48,690 nt of DNA from Tortispora ganteri (GCA_003707115.1 PPNB01000007.1:310001-358690), one strand, 5' to 3'. Numbered from the stretch's first letter, positions 1 through 10,500 are shown. A program made the numbers and translations. Notes: generated by a model from the sequence alone, not told the origin.

Positions 1-1
1 C

Positions 2-1627
2 AAGAAGATCATTAAAATCGTCAAAAAATTTCACAAACAACGCAAAGAAACTAGTCTTATTAGTTACATTGCTTCCAACTATGCCAACGCACTTCTTACT
101 GTGGGCAGTGTTTCAGATGCGCTCGCAGTGTCGCATGTAGCGAATGCGGCGGGATACTCATTGACACCTAAAGCTTTGACAAGGATTACTATGAAGTATT
201 TAACGGATATAAGGCTTCTGAAGGTGAAGCTTACGAAGGAGAATGGCGTCAAAAAGTTAAATGTGCACAAATTCAAACCGGTTCAAGCATACAAAGCCGG
301 TAACGTTCCAGAACCTAGTGTCTCGAATTCTTCACAAGCGGTAGAGCTCCGTGCGAACGCCCTAGGCTCGTTACTGCCGCTAAGAAGATTTTTGACTTCA
401 GAAAGCTGCTCAGCAGTAGTATATTTGGCCATACTCCGGTCACTGGACCACTCGTTCCCTGAAATTGACTACCTAACTAGCACTGCATTGAATCGTATCA
501 AGACATACACAATCCGCTCGATCGCTTCAAATCGCGTTTTGCTTTTGTACGAGTCTGCAGTTGAGCAGTATTTGCGCCGTGGATTTCGCGAACTTTTGGC
601 ATCATTTCCTGAAGAAAGGTACTTCAAAGAGCGCATTAATCCTAGCGGAAGACTGGCCGAAGCGTTTGCCAATGATAATTCCCTACATAGAGCATTATCA
701 AGCATTTTAGCCTTACAAAAGCGCATTTTAGCCTCACATTTGCTCAAAGAGACTGGTCAGTTGCGCATGAAGATGATTTGCGCAAAGGCACTGGCGAAGC
801 TAGGGGCTTCTAATGTACTTGAACAGCTTCTTATGGATGTGAAGCTATCTGGGTCCCCTGACGCTACCGAACTGAGAGAAATTCTAGCCTCATTGCGACA
901 CAGAAACTACAAAAAGATAGATGTACTGGAATATATGCGAAACAACCTCTATGGAGTGGAGGAACGGTATTTGCTTGAGCACGTTTCTATGTCACTTGGT
1001 AAAGATACCGCTGAGCAGGAGAGATTGAGGTTCAAGTCGGAGCTGAGGAAAGGCATTGCATACTCGAAATTTGCTCATCTGGAACTGGTAACTTCCGATA
1101 TTATGAAAGACCATGTGCGAAGGATATTGAGGAAAAATATCAATAGCAGCATAAGCCATGAGTATTTGAAAACTATAGCTAAATTGTCGAACGGATCTGA
1201 CGCGGTGTTAGCAGAGTGGGAAAATACTATACTGCCGGTTCTAGTAGATTCTGCGAACGAGATTAAAGCGGAATGTGCAGCAGTTGTAGCTGAAGCTTTG
1301 GCAAAAGATAAAGGCGGAGGGAAAGGTATGTGGCATCGCAGATGTAATGTTGCGGTAGCCCTAGCAGTGAGATATTGGAGATGGAAAGATTTGGACAGGG
1401 AGATGCATAGTTTCACGCTGATGGAAAGACTGATACCGCAAATCCAAGACTCGAAGTCAATGCGTGTAATATATGAGGAGTTCATGACTGCACATATTAG
1501 TGACAGTGATGTACTAAAGATGTTTGGAGACTCACATCATGAGATTCGCGATGCGATTCTTTCAAAAAGACGTGGAGATGATATAGAAAAGGCAATTGAT
1601 GCCTTAGAGACGACTTTATGTGTATGA
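2..1627 (+). CDS. Uncharacterised, probably alpha-helical protein, 5'-truncated by the window edge
   Basis: The frame of the 101..1627 ORF stays open back to position 2 (KKIIKIVKKFHKQRKETSLISY...), so the GTG start is not real. More than 540 codons; no motif recognised. Confidence 0.7.
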   Translation, partial: KKIIKIVKKFHKQRKETSLISYIASNYANALLTVGSVSDALAVSHVANAAGYSLTPKALTRITMKYLTDIRLLKVKLTKENGVKKLNVHKFKPVQAYKAGNVPEPSVSNSSQAVELRANALGSLLPLRRFLTSESCSAVVYLAILRSLDHSFPEIDYLTSTALNRIKTYTIRSIASNRVLLLYESAVEQYLRRGFRELLASFPEERYFKERINPSGRLAEAFANDNSLHRALSSILALQKRILASHLLKETGQLRMKMICAKALAKLGASNVLEQLLMDVKLSGSPDATELREILASLRHRNYKKIDVLEYMRNNLYGVEERYLLEHVSMSLGKDTAEQERLRFKSELRKGIAYSKFAHLELVTSDIMKDHVRRILRKNINSSISHEYLKTIAKLSNGSDAVLAEWENTILPVLVDSANEIKAECAAVVAEALAKDKGGGKGMWHRRCNVAVALAVRYWRWKDLDREMHSFTLMERLIPQIQDSKSMRVIYEEFMTAHISDSDVLKMFGDSHHEIRDAILSKRRGDDIEKAIDALETTLCV

Positions 1628-1725
1628 TAATGAAACAATCATAAATTGCATGAAAATTAGTGCTGTAAGAGAACTTGTAGAAATATGAATGAAGAGCAAA
1701 TCAGTAGAGCTAGCGAGTAAAGGAG

Positions 1726-2679
1726 CTATTTCGAAGAAATCGTTTTTAGAGGATCAGATGCAGAAGGAGACGAAGAAGGCGCAGAATGATGTCTTGGACG
1801 CACCAGAAGGATTATTATTAGGCCGAATATTAGAATCACAAGGAGGAAGATAATTCTGCATTTAGTAGTTCGTTTCTGGTACTTTTCTGCTTTGACAAGT
1901 TGTTTACTTGCTTGCTTTACATTAACTGCTGTGTTTTCAATGTTATAGTCGATTCTATCGAGTAGGGTACCTTGGTCTATGACCATAGTCTGAAGTTCGC
2001 GGAATATGTCTGCTAATTCCAGAATACCCTCTGCTATTTGAGTGATTTCATCGACGCGCTGACTGATGTTCGCATTTGTTGGATTCTTCTGTGCTTGAAG
2101 TGTTGATTGAGAGAGTTGGAGGTCGGATTCGTCATCAGCGATTGCAGATGCAGTGGAATCGAGATCGTACGGGTTGAGAGAGGAGTCTGAATCGGACATA
2201 CCCTGAAGCCGTTTCAAATAGGCGCCCTGTTGTTTCCTGAAGGTAGAGCTAATCTGTTGAATTTTCGTAGCAAGAGCAATTTTGAGGTTACGGGCGATTG
2301 CCTGATCGGGTGCGGATTGTGATCTTGCCATGGCATCGACTTTCCGTAGGTGCTCCTGACATTTATGGAAAAGGCCTGTGATTTCGCGCTGGAGCGCTTC
2401 AATACGCCCTTCATCGGCTTTCTGTGATCGCTCGTCAAAAGAAGGCAATGCATGGCGTGCATGTAGTTTTTCAAGCTCAGTCATTTTAATCTGTGCGCGT
2501 TTCAGACAGTCATCAACGTCAGATTTAATGTCGACCCACGCAGGCGGTAACCTGTCCATCTCAATGGCAGTATCTGCTCCGCGTATCAGGCTCTCAGACT
2601 CCGGCACAAATGCCGTAACCGGATGTCGGGCATATGACTGCCGAAATGATATAAAAAGCGACGTCTTGTCCCGGAACAT
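1726..2679 (-). CDS. TLG2: Qa t-SNARE, syntaxin-16/Tlg2
   Basis: N-peptide MFRDKTSLF (ATG at 2679), LPPAWVD, SNARE motif IDQGTLLDRIDYNIE, and a C-terminal TM helix. Confidence 0.93.
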   Translation of the reverse strand: MFRDKTSLFISFRQSYARHPVTAFVPESESLIRGADTAIEMDRLPPAWVDIKSDVDDCLKRAQIKMTELEKLHARHALPSFDERSQKADEGRIEALQREITGLFHKCQEHLRKVDAMARSQSAPDQAIARNLKIALATKIQQISSTFRKQQGAYLKRLQGMSDSDSSLNPYDLDSTASAIADDESDLQLSQSTLQAQKNPTNANISQRVDEITQIAEGILELADIFRELQTMVIDQGTLLDRIDYNIENTAVNVKQASKQLVKAEKYQKRTTKCRIIFLLVILIFGLIIILLVRPRHHSAPSSSPSASDPLKTISSK

Positions 2680-2750
2680 TCGAATATAAGAGATCTCGCC
2701 GAAGGCGGTGCTCGATGGTATGTATGTGCAATGTATATAGAGAACCAATA

Positions 2751-2760
2751 AGGGTTAGGG
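2751..2760. promoter_or_regulatory. Telomere-like AGGGTTAGGG motif (candidate Tbf1/Myb site) in the TLG2/calmodulin divergent promoter
   Basis: Exact sequence agggttaggg in a 175-bp head-to-head gap. The same 10-mer occurs twice, inverted, at 28786-28822. Confidence 0.35.
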
Positions 2761-2854
2761 TAAAGCTGTATCAATTTCCAACGTCAAAAAACCCTTTGTC
2801 CACCACCTACGCGTCACCTATACACGAGGCATTCTAGCGGCAAAAAAGAGACTA

Positions 2855-3310
2855 ATGGCCGAACAATTAACACAGGAGCAAATCAAAGATTTCAAGGAAG
2901 CATTTGCGCTATTTGATAAAGATGGTGATGGCCATATTACGACCGCGGAACTGGGTGTGGTTATGCGGTCTTTAGGTCAAACACCCACTGAAGCCGACCT
3001 GCAAGATATGATAAACGAGGTCGACCAGGATCACAACGGCACTATTGATTTTCCCGAATTTCTGACTATGATGGCTCGCAAAATGAAAGATAGCGATTCC
3101 GAGGAAGAAATCCGCGAAGCATTCAAGGTTTTCGACAGAGATAATGATGGTTATATATCAGCTGCCGAATTACGCCATGTTATGATGTCTATTGGTGAGC
3201 CCCTGACCGAGGAAGAGGCCGACCAGATGATTCGCGAGGCTGATGCCGATGGCGATGGGCTTATCAATTACGTCGAATTTGCCCATACCTTGTGTGCGAG
3301 CACTAAGTAG
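2855..3310 (+). CDS. CMD1: Calmodulin (intronless, four EF-hands)
   Basis: [48 protein letters not shown] and [12 protein letters not shown]. Confidence 0.96.
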   Translation: MAEQLTQEQIKDFKEAFALFDKDGDGHITTAELGVVMRSLGQTPTEADLQDMINEVDQDHNGTIDFPEFLTMMARKMKDSDSEEEIREAFKVFDRDNDGYISAAELRHVMMSIGEPLTEEEADQMIREADADGDGLINYVEFAHTLCASTK

Positions 3311-3449
3311 TTATCTGCTATTATATTCTTATAGTACTATATTAGTTACTATAATGCTTTAATAGTGCCCATGCTCCCTAACATGATTTACAGCCTCCCT
3401 TAGTTCTACTGTTATCTTATTAAAAAGAAATTATCTGCTTATTCACTAA

Positions 3450-4742
3450 TTATTCTGTAGTTTCGCTCCCTGTAGCGTCAATAATCCCCTCCACTATATC
3501 TAGCATTCCTCCTTCTGTTAAGCCGTTCACCACCTCTTCGGCGTCTTCGACGGTCATGTTCTCCAGCACTTTGTTCACCTCCTTCAAATCTTTCGACTCA
3601 ATTGCCTGCTGTAAATCCAATGGAAATGACTCAAATATCTCACGGTTCTTCTTCTCCTCGTCTGTGCTGGTTTCATTTACTGGTGGCGGCACTGTGATAT
3701 TGATCGTCGTGTTATCGTCCGTCGTATGCAGCTGTATAATCTCCTTACCCTCCGGCTGCTGCTGTTCCGCGGAAATAACCTCACAACGCTGTACTACGTG
3801 CTGGTATGTCTTCTCGACATCATCTAAAAAGAGGCTCAGAGCTTGCTGGTTCTTTTTGTTAATCTTGTCGAAGAACACGCGGATCCCTTGTGGGCCCAAT
3901 TGCTGGCAGTACTGCAGCAACAGCCCCTGGTGCACTGCTCGTTTGGCGGCGATAGGCTTACCTGCCAGCTGCAGGTCAAACGCATGCATCAAGAGGCAAT
4001 CCTTCTCTCTTTCGGTCACTATTTGCGGGTGGTCGAGAATATACGACATGCTCTTACTCCAATCGCCGATCTCGATTTTCGCAAATTCCAGCCCTTCCTT
4101 AGACGGTTCGTAGCTGTTCTCATTAAGCTGGTTGGTTTCGGTGGCACTGCTCGCACCTACAGCAGGAGCATTTAAAACTTCAATTTGCTGTTCGGTCTTT
4201 TTAGTGGAGCTGGAATTCGCGGGCGGATTAGCGCTCTTGTTCACTACAGTACTATTAAATTTGTCGTGAATGCCGTCCATAGTAATCTTCGAGCTCTCTT
4301 CCTTCTCCAGCTTCTCAATAGTTTCTCGTCGTGATTTCGTGTAGCCGTCCATTGTTTCGAGACGAGCTTTCAGCGCGTCTCTGACGCTGTCTGATTTAGC
4401 AACTTCCTCCATCAGCTGACCGTACATCTGCGTTAGCGTCTGTTGATCATCAAGAACGTCAGTTTTAGGTGCACAATCACGCAAAACAGCCAGTTGCTCT
4501 TCTTTGCCACCATCTATATCATCCAGTTTGGTAATGCCTGCAATAACAGCTGCCCGAAACTTCGGGTACAGCTTCTCTTCCACTTTGAGCCTCTGTAGCG
4601 TCTGCTTCTTCTGCTCGCGCTTCTCGTGGATATCACGCTGCTTCCACCTTATAAAAGACGATTTATCTACATTAGGATGAACTTCAATATCTGAATCATC
4701 AGAGATCTCAAGATTGTCCCATTTAGAATAATCAAGCACCAT
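3450..4742 (-). CDS. CDC37: Hsp90 kinase co-chaperone Cdc37
   Basis: Diagnostic N-terminus MVLDYSKWDNLEISDDSDIEVHPNVDK..FIRWKQRDIHE; also VHQGLLLQYC. Confidence 0.96.
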   Translation of the reverse strand: MVLDYSKWDNLEISDDSDIEVHPNVDKSSFIRWKQRDIHEKREQKKQTLQRLKVEEKLYPKFRAAVIAGITKLDDIDGGKEEQLAVLRDCAPKTDVLDDQQTLTQMYGQLMEEVAKSDSVRDALKARLETMDGYTKSRRETIEKLEKEESSKITMDGIHDKFNSTVVNKSANPPANSSSTKKTEQQIEVLNAPAVGASSATETNQLNENSYEPSKEGLEFAKIEIGDWSKSMSYILDHPQIVTEREKDCLLMHAFDLQLAGKPIAAKRAVHQGLLLQYCQQLGPQGIRVFFDKINKKNQQALSLFLDDVEKTYQHVVQRCEVISAEQQQPEGKEIIQLHTTDDNTTINITVPPPVNETSTDEEKKNREIFESFPLDLQQAIESKDLKEVNKVLENMTVEDAEEVVNGLTEGGMLDIVEGIIDATGSETTE

Positions 4743-4894
4743 TGTGTATGTCGCAAGTAAGCAGAGGTTCTACAAGATTCGCGCAAATGTATAGGCACAA
4801 ACCTTAAACCGATTAAAGTTATACAACTACAAAAGTAAAAAGGAATTTATATATATATGTATATTCAAACTTACGAGATAATCGCCACCAATAA

Positions 4895-5740
4895 CTATAC
4901 GCGATTGACCCTGTATTTGACAATCTGAAGCGCAGCAATGGCATCTTCGATAGGATTATGAGGCTGATTGGCTGTCTGAATTTGACGTCCGAGGATGGTT
5001 GCGGTCAGTTCTTTCAGAGATTTTCGTTTAGGTAGACCATCCTCATGAGGATAAAGCAGAGATGTATCGATAACAGCAGCATGTGCGAGTCTCAAACACA
5101 AAAGATCATGATCTAGACCATGACCAATCAGGATTGTTTTTGGGCTCATCATGTTAATAAGCTTGCCTCTTGCCTCATCCAACGATAAAGCGTTCACCAT
5201 ATCCTTGCTGGTCACACCAGAATAGCTCGTGGCGTAGTCCCAGATTTCTCCTTTAGGTTTCACGTAAACGTCAAGCACTGTCTGTTCAGTGACATAATCA
5301 ACTACAGTGAGTCGGGTGACTTCAGTACCTAAATTAGTGTGTCCCATCTCGCAGTCCAGAGCAAGCGCTTTAAACGCTTGTTCAGGGGTCTTTGTGACGC
5401 TCACGAACGGAATAGTACTGCAAGCTTGAGCAGCATCAGACTGCGAGTAAACGTGACCTTTTGTTCTTACACAAGGTGCTGCATCCTTGCCGCCTTTACA
5501 GCAATCATAAAAGATCTGGTTACCTTGTCTCACCAACTTTCCGCTGTGGTGCTTACACTCTCCTTGCCGTTCAGAAACTTTAAAGGCCTGCTTGCACCGT
5601 TTACATTCAACGATCTGTTTGGCCTGAACAGGCTGAGGAATTTTTGCTGGAACGCCATAGCGGAGTAGGAAGTCAACAGGGTGCTGAAGCTTGACAAGGT
5701 CCTGATAGCCGCTAAGGTCAAGAGGCTTGATGATAGTCAT
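4895..5740 (-). CDS. REX3: DEDDh 3'-5' RNA exonuclease, REX3/REXO1 family (short form)
   Basis: Cys/His module (CKRC..CKHHSGK..CC..C..HVY), then ALDCEM, GHGLDHDL, IDTSLLY and HNPIEDA. Confidence 0.8.
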   Translation of the reverse strand: MTIIKPLDLSGYQDLVKLQHPVDFLLRYGVPAKIPQPVQAKQIVECKRCKQAFKVSERQGECKHHSGKLVRQGNQIFYDCCKGGKDAAPCVRTKGHVYSQSDAAQACSTIPFVSVTKTPEQAFKALALDCEMGHTNLGTEVTRLTVVDYVTEQTVLDVYVKPKGEIWDYATSYSGVTSKDMVNALSLDEARGKLINMMSPKTILIGHGLDHDLLCLRLAHAAVIDTSLLYPHEDGLPKRKSLKELTATILGRQIQTANQPHNPIEDAIAALQIVKYRVNRV

Positions 5741-7660
5741 TGTATCTGTCAGAGGTATCAGTAGAAAAGACTCTATTTATATTCTTTTTTCCTCTATTTT
5801 TTTTTTGTGATCCAGTGTGATGAATACATTCAATCACATTAGCACAATAACTCGTGATTCTGCTTTTTTTACCAGGTTTAGTCAACAACAAAGTCTACCA
5901 GTAATGTCTGACCGTGGATTTTATTACCTAGTTGACAATCTACTATATTGCAACTTTTACGGGTACTGTATTATTGATGTTTGTCATGAAAGAATACACG
6001 CGCAGCGCAATCAATTACTTTGTTAAAGGTTGACAAATATCAAACTTATGATATAATGATTTAACTCACTATATCACTGCTGTCACACAGAATGACAGGC
6101 ATTATAACTATATTCGATAAGTTGCATATAATAGTTTTCCTGAAGATGTTACACATTGAGTGACAAAACGGACTAAAAAAGTCATGAGAGAATAATGTCG
6201 GAGGCTTACTAGACTTTGATTAGCACGAACAAATTTGGACCTCTTACTACTGCAAATATTAGAGGTTAGCATCAAATGTTTGCTCTTCTCTCAGACTTTT
6301 GATTCCTTGTTGCTGGATGCGTGACGATTTGTCTGCAACAATTAATGAGAATAAAGTTACTATAAGCTGTGATCAAGTTACTATGAATTAACTCTTTCAG
6401 GCACATATACATTGACCCTGTACTAGGCTGGAAAGGATATGAATCTATCTAATTTGATACCAGCTTACTCGATTTGATTGTTGGTTTCCATGGGTGTCGA
6501 TACGACTCTCAAGGACATGTTCAGTTAGAGTGTGGTTCTTTTACCTATTGAATTTATTATGAGAGGGATCATTGGATCGGACGCCTCTACGTTATTGAAG
6601 CAGTAGTCCTCGACACAGCATTATCTGACCTTTTATACCATTCAGTCGATTACAAGATCAAATAAGGTACGGCTTAGTGATAGTCTATCGCTAATACTCT
6701 AACCAAATTGGCTGAGGAAATTGCTAGATTCATGAGACATTATTCATAATCGTTGAGAAACTTGCAGTGTCAGATAACATCGCCGTTAAGGATACTCGAC
6801 ATTATGTATCGAGATCCCAGAAATGACTATAGGTTTGCAAATATCTATAGGGATGTTTTGGCCTGAATTGAACTGCACAAGTTTAACCTATCTAAATGAC
6901 ATTGAGCTAAGGAAGTACACAAGTGCATAACCAATATCTGAAGATGCTTGAGGACTAAGTAAGGCAGTTATATACTATGGATACAGCAGAACCTGATTTT
7001 GGACCTTGCAAGCAAACCTTGTTACAGAAATGGAAAGCTTCTCAAATCTCACAGCGTCGTTTCTTATGCCATACTTAAATTACAATACTGAAATGCGGTC
7101 GTTATACCAACATCCATTATTCTGTGGAGTTTTTGCAACATTCATTTGCCTATTTGAGCCAGTTTCCTAAAATGCGAGACTTACAACACGAAATTCAACA
7201 ACGTGAATTCGTATCCGATGAATACTGTGCTTAACCTGATTTTAGAAGGTCTGGTGCAACTATACATATGCTAGGAGCCAACTATACGCAGTGACTCGGT
7301 ACCAATCACAAACGAACCTTATTAGATGTTCGAACCATTCAGCACAAGTGATTATGCTTAAGCGGCATCTTCATCGACATTCCGCTCGAGAATGCACGAA
7401 TGGAAAAATGCATGTCTTTGTTTGCAACCAAAGATACACCTTACAGTCGAACCCTTAAGGCTGTTCACTGTAATATAACAGCCTGGTCGAGACGTAAATA
7501 AAGTTTAAACGAGGCCCAATTGTATCGTTTACCCAACTGGACCATCCGCGGACAAACAGTTCCTCGCAGCAGTCTAAAGCACTCAACAACAAGTTAGCGC
7601 TGAGCCCGTGTGCCTTTTGAAGTAGTTGCCCTTGAGTTACTTTGACAAAATTTGCTTGAA

Positions 7661-9616
7661 ATGATTTTGAGGCATGTGGCCAGTTTGCGTTTCGGAGCGT
7701 TCCTACTTCGCCACAACAAACCACTCTGGCACTCGTCACGGCTATTGAACGCTCGCTGGCAGTCCTCCAGTTCTCGGCCAGAAAAACATATAGACGAAAA
7801 TGTTCACCTCAGAGCGCGGCTCTCTCCTGTTAAGGAGGAGGCGAAGGGAAATTTCAATGAAGTCTTGAGACTGCTGAAACTAGCGCGCCCAGAGCTCTGG
7901 CCATTGCTAGGTTGTTCGGGCCTGCTTGCGCTTTCGTCGGCAGTCTCAATGACTGTTCCGTTCTCTGTCGGTAGGGTGCTCGACATTGCCAGCGGTGCTA
8001 ATGAGTCTGGTACAGTATTTGGCTTAACTATCAACCAGTTCTATGGCGGACTTATCGGCGTCTTTGTTGTCTCTGCTACCGCCTCATATTTCCGCACAGT
8101 CTTTTTGCGAATAATTGGCGAGCGACTCATAACACGTCTGCGATCTAAACTGTTTAAAAAGGCCATCACTGCTGACGCAGAATTTTATGATGCAAATCGC
8201 GTAGGAGACCTTATTTCGCGCATCGGTGTGGGCACATCTATTGTCTCTCGTGCCATCACTAGCAACCTCGCGGACGGCCTTAGAGCTATTGTATCTGGCT
8301 CTGTTGGCTTTGCTATGATGATATATACGAGTCCGCAGCTAACGATGTATATGATGCTCATTATACCGCCGGTAGCTGCAGCAGCTGGACTCTACGGGCG
8401 GCGTTTACGGACAATCGCCCGCAAAACACAGACACTGATCGGAAACCTCACAAAAGTAACAGAAGAGCGCCTTTCTAACGTCAGAACCACACAAGCGTAT
8501 TCCTCAGAAAGCAAAGAATTGCATGCATATAACTCAAGTGTCAGAGATATTTTCAATTTGTCTAAGAAGGAAGCGCACCTGTCTGGCGGATTCTACGGGT
8601 TTACTAACTTCTCAGGGAACATCACCTTTCTTTCCCTGCTAGTTATCGGGTCTAATTTTGTATCTACTGGTGCTATTTCTATAGGTGAGCTTACATCATT
8701 TTTGATGTACGCAGTATACTCGGCGTCTTCGATGATTGGTTTAACCAGTTTTTTTTCTGAGCTGATGAAGGGAGCGGGTACAGCTACTAGACTGTTTGAG
8801 TTGCTCGATTACCAGCCTTTAATTCATGAAACGAAAGGTATTCACATACCTCCCGCACACAGGGGTTCTGTCACTTTTGATAATGTACACTTTGCATACC
8901 CTACACGGCCTTCTAACAATATCTTTAACGGACTGTCGTTTAGTATTCAGCCGGGTAGCAATGTCTGCATTGTGGGACCTTCTGGTACAGGCAAATCTAC
9001 TGTTGCTTCGCTCCTTCTTCGATTCTACGATCCTGTGTCGGGATCAGTTTTGTTTGACGGTATGGATATCAGAAACTTTAACCTGCGAAATTACCGGCGA
9101 GCGATTGGATTTGTTAGTCAGGAGCCGGTACTTACTGATGCTACTATTGCTGCCAATATTGCGCTGGGAAAACCTAATGCCAAACGCTGGGAAATTGAAG
9201 CAGCTGCTGAACGGGCGAACTGCGGGTTTGTTAAAAGTTTTCCTAACGGACTTGACACGCAAGTTGGTGTCAGAGGTTCAACACTTTCTGGTGGTCAGCG
9301 ACAGCGTGTAGCGATTGCTAGAGCACTTATTCGGAACCCTAGTATCCTACTTATGGATGAGGCCACTAGCGCGCTGGATACCGAATCCGAGAACGCAGTG
9401 AATGACGCCATGTCCAAGCTTATGACTTCACACTCTACGACAATTATTGCTATTGCGCACCGAGCCTCTACTATTCGCCGTGCCGACCGTATTATAGTGC
9501 TTTCGACCGAAGGAACGATTGCAGAAGACGGCACGTATGCAGAACTTATGTCCAAGAACGGAGTTTTCAAGCAGCTGATGTCTTCTTCTACAACTCCATC
9601 GTCTGCTTCTCCTTGA
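7661..9616 (+). CDS. MDL1: Mitochondrial half-size ABCB transporter (Mdl1/ABCB10-like)
   Basis: First ATG at 7661. Arg-rich presequence, TM domain, Walker A GPSGTGKS, LSGGQRQR, Walker B LLMDEATSALD and H-loop IAHR. Confidence 0.88.
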   Translation: MILRHVASLRFGAFLLRHNKPLWHSSRLLNARWQSSSSRPEKHIDENVHLRARLSPVKEEAKGNFNEVLRLLKLARPELWPLLGCSGLLALSSAVSMTVPFSVGRVLDIASGANESGTVFGLTINQFYGGLIGVFVVSATASYFRTVFLRIIGERLITRLRSKLFKKAITADAEFYDANRVGDLISRIGVGTSIVSRAITSNLADGLRAIVSGSVGFAMMIYTSPQLTMYMMLIIPPVAAAAGLYGRRLRTIARKTQTLIGNLTKVTEERLSNVRTTQAYSSESKELHAYNSSVRDIFNLSKKEAHLSGGFYGFTNFSGNITFLSLLVIGSNFVSTGAISIGELTSFLMYAVYSASSMIGLTSFFSELMKGAGTATRLFELLDYQPLIHETKGIHIPPAHRGSVTFDNVHFAYPTRPSNNIFNGLSFSIQPGSNVCIVGPSGTGKSTVASLLLRFYDPVSGSVLFDGMDIRNFNLRNYRRAIGFVSQEPVLTDATIAANIALGKPNAKRWEIEAAAERANCGFVKSFPNGLDTQVGVRGSTLSGGQRQRVAIARALIRNPSILLMDEATSALDTESENAVNDAMSKLMTSHSTTIIAIAHRASTIRRADRIIVLSTEGTIAEDGTYAELMSKNGVFKQLMSSSTTPSSASP

Positions 9617-9712
9617 TGAGTCATGTTGTATTTTACTGCTCTAATGATACGAAACGTCAATAATATAATGAGATGTATAGACAGATAGGCCACAGGCCAT
9701 AATGCATACAAA

Positions 9713-10333
9713 TTAGAAGCCCCCGGGTGCTTTAGCGTCGTCCTTGAGACTGAACAAAAGTTCGCGCATTCTAAATTTGTCTCTCTTACCCGATGCAGCC
9801 TTGTCTGTGACGTCAATTAGTTTCACGATCCTTGACCACGGCGAGCCGGTGGCCTCTGCATCGCGAGCAGCGATGAACTCCTCGCTCTCCTTAATTGTCT
9901 GCTCTATTCCCTTACTGACTTTCTCGTTGTAATTATTGTAGAAATCGTCAATTGCTTGCTGCGCTTCCTTTATGGTTTTCTCCTTTTCGGCGGCCGACTG
10001 TGCGTCCCGACGCTCAATTGCAAGCGCTTGTCGTTCCCGCCACTCTCTAACCGCCGCCGGTTCCTCCGATGAGACTACTTCAGGCTCTTGTTCGGTCAGC
10101 ACAATATTTCCTGTCGGCTCCACTTCTAGTGGAGGGAATTCCGTCGCCACAGTGCCAAATTCAGCGTCGGCGCCGTTGTCTGCCACTGGGAAGTCGTCGA
10201 TGAGGTCTTCTGCATCCGCTCCTAGTGCTTCTCGCTCGCGGGTCACGAGGTCGGCCTCGTCAGCGTCCTCAGGGATATCAATAATATCCGTCTTGCCAGA
10301 TTCAATCTCTTCTAGCGATGGAAATTTGCTCAT
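9713..10333 (-). CDS. CLC1: Clathrin light chain
   Basis: MSKFPSLEE start, acidic N-terminus, EEPAAVREWRERQ helix, IDDFY, and C-terminal LKDDAKAPG. Confidence 0.9.
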   Translation of the reverse strand: MSKFPSLEEIESGKTDIIDIPEDADEADLVTREREALGADAEDLIDDFPVADNGADAEFGTVATEFPPLEVEPTGNIVLTEQEPEVVSSEEPAAVREWRERQALAIERRDAQSAAEKEKTIKEAQQAIDDFYNNYNEKVSKGIEQTIKESEEFIAARDAEATGSPWSRIVKLIDVTDKAASGKRDKFRMRELLFSLKDDAKAPGGF

Positions 10334-10348
10334 TTGGATTTTTGCACG

Positions 10349-10420
10349 CTGTTTAAGGGAAGAGTTAGTGCGTGCAGGAGTACAGAAGGACTGTGTGTGG
10401 TGTTGCAGAAGGTAAGTTAC
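10349..10420 (-). other. Candidate 72-nt intron upstream of the CLC1 ATG
   Basis: The minus strand reads GTAACT...CACTAAC TCTTCCCTTAAA CAG. The branch point is identical to those of the PEX16 and MRD1 introns; the donor is one mismatch from GTAAGT. Confidence 0.5.
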
Positions 10421-10500
10421 CCGGCGTTGATTCATCCAACTACACCAACCCACCCTACCTCGAGCATCGACGACTGCCGCAGAAGTAGTCGCCGTTTACA

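Noticed and set aside
10411..10417. Perfect + strand donor GGTAAGT upstream of MED20
   Set aside because: There is no branch point or acceptor before the MED20 ATG, and it overlaps the better-supported minus-strand intron.
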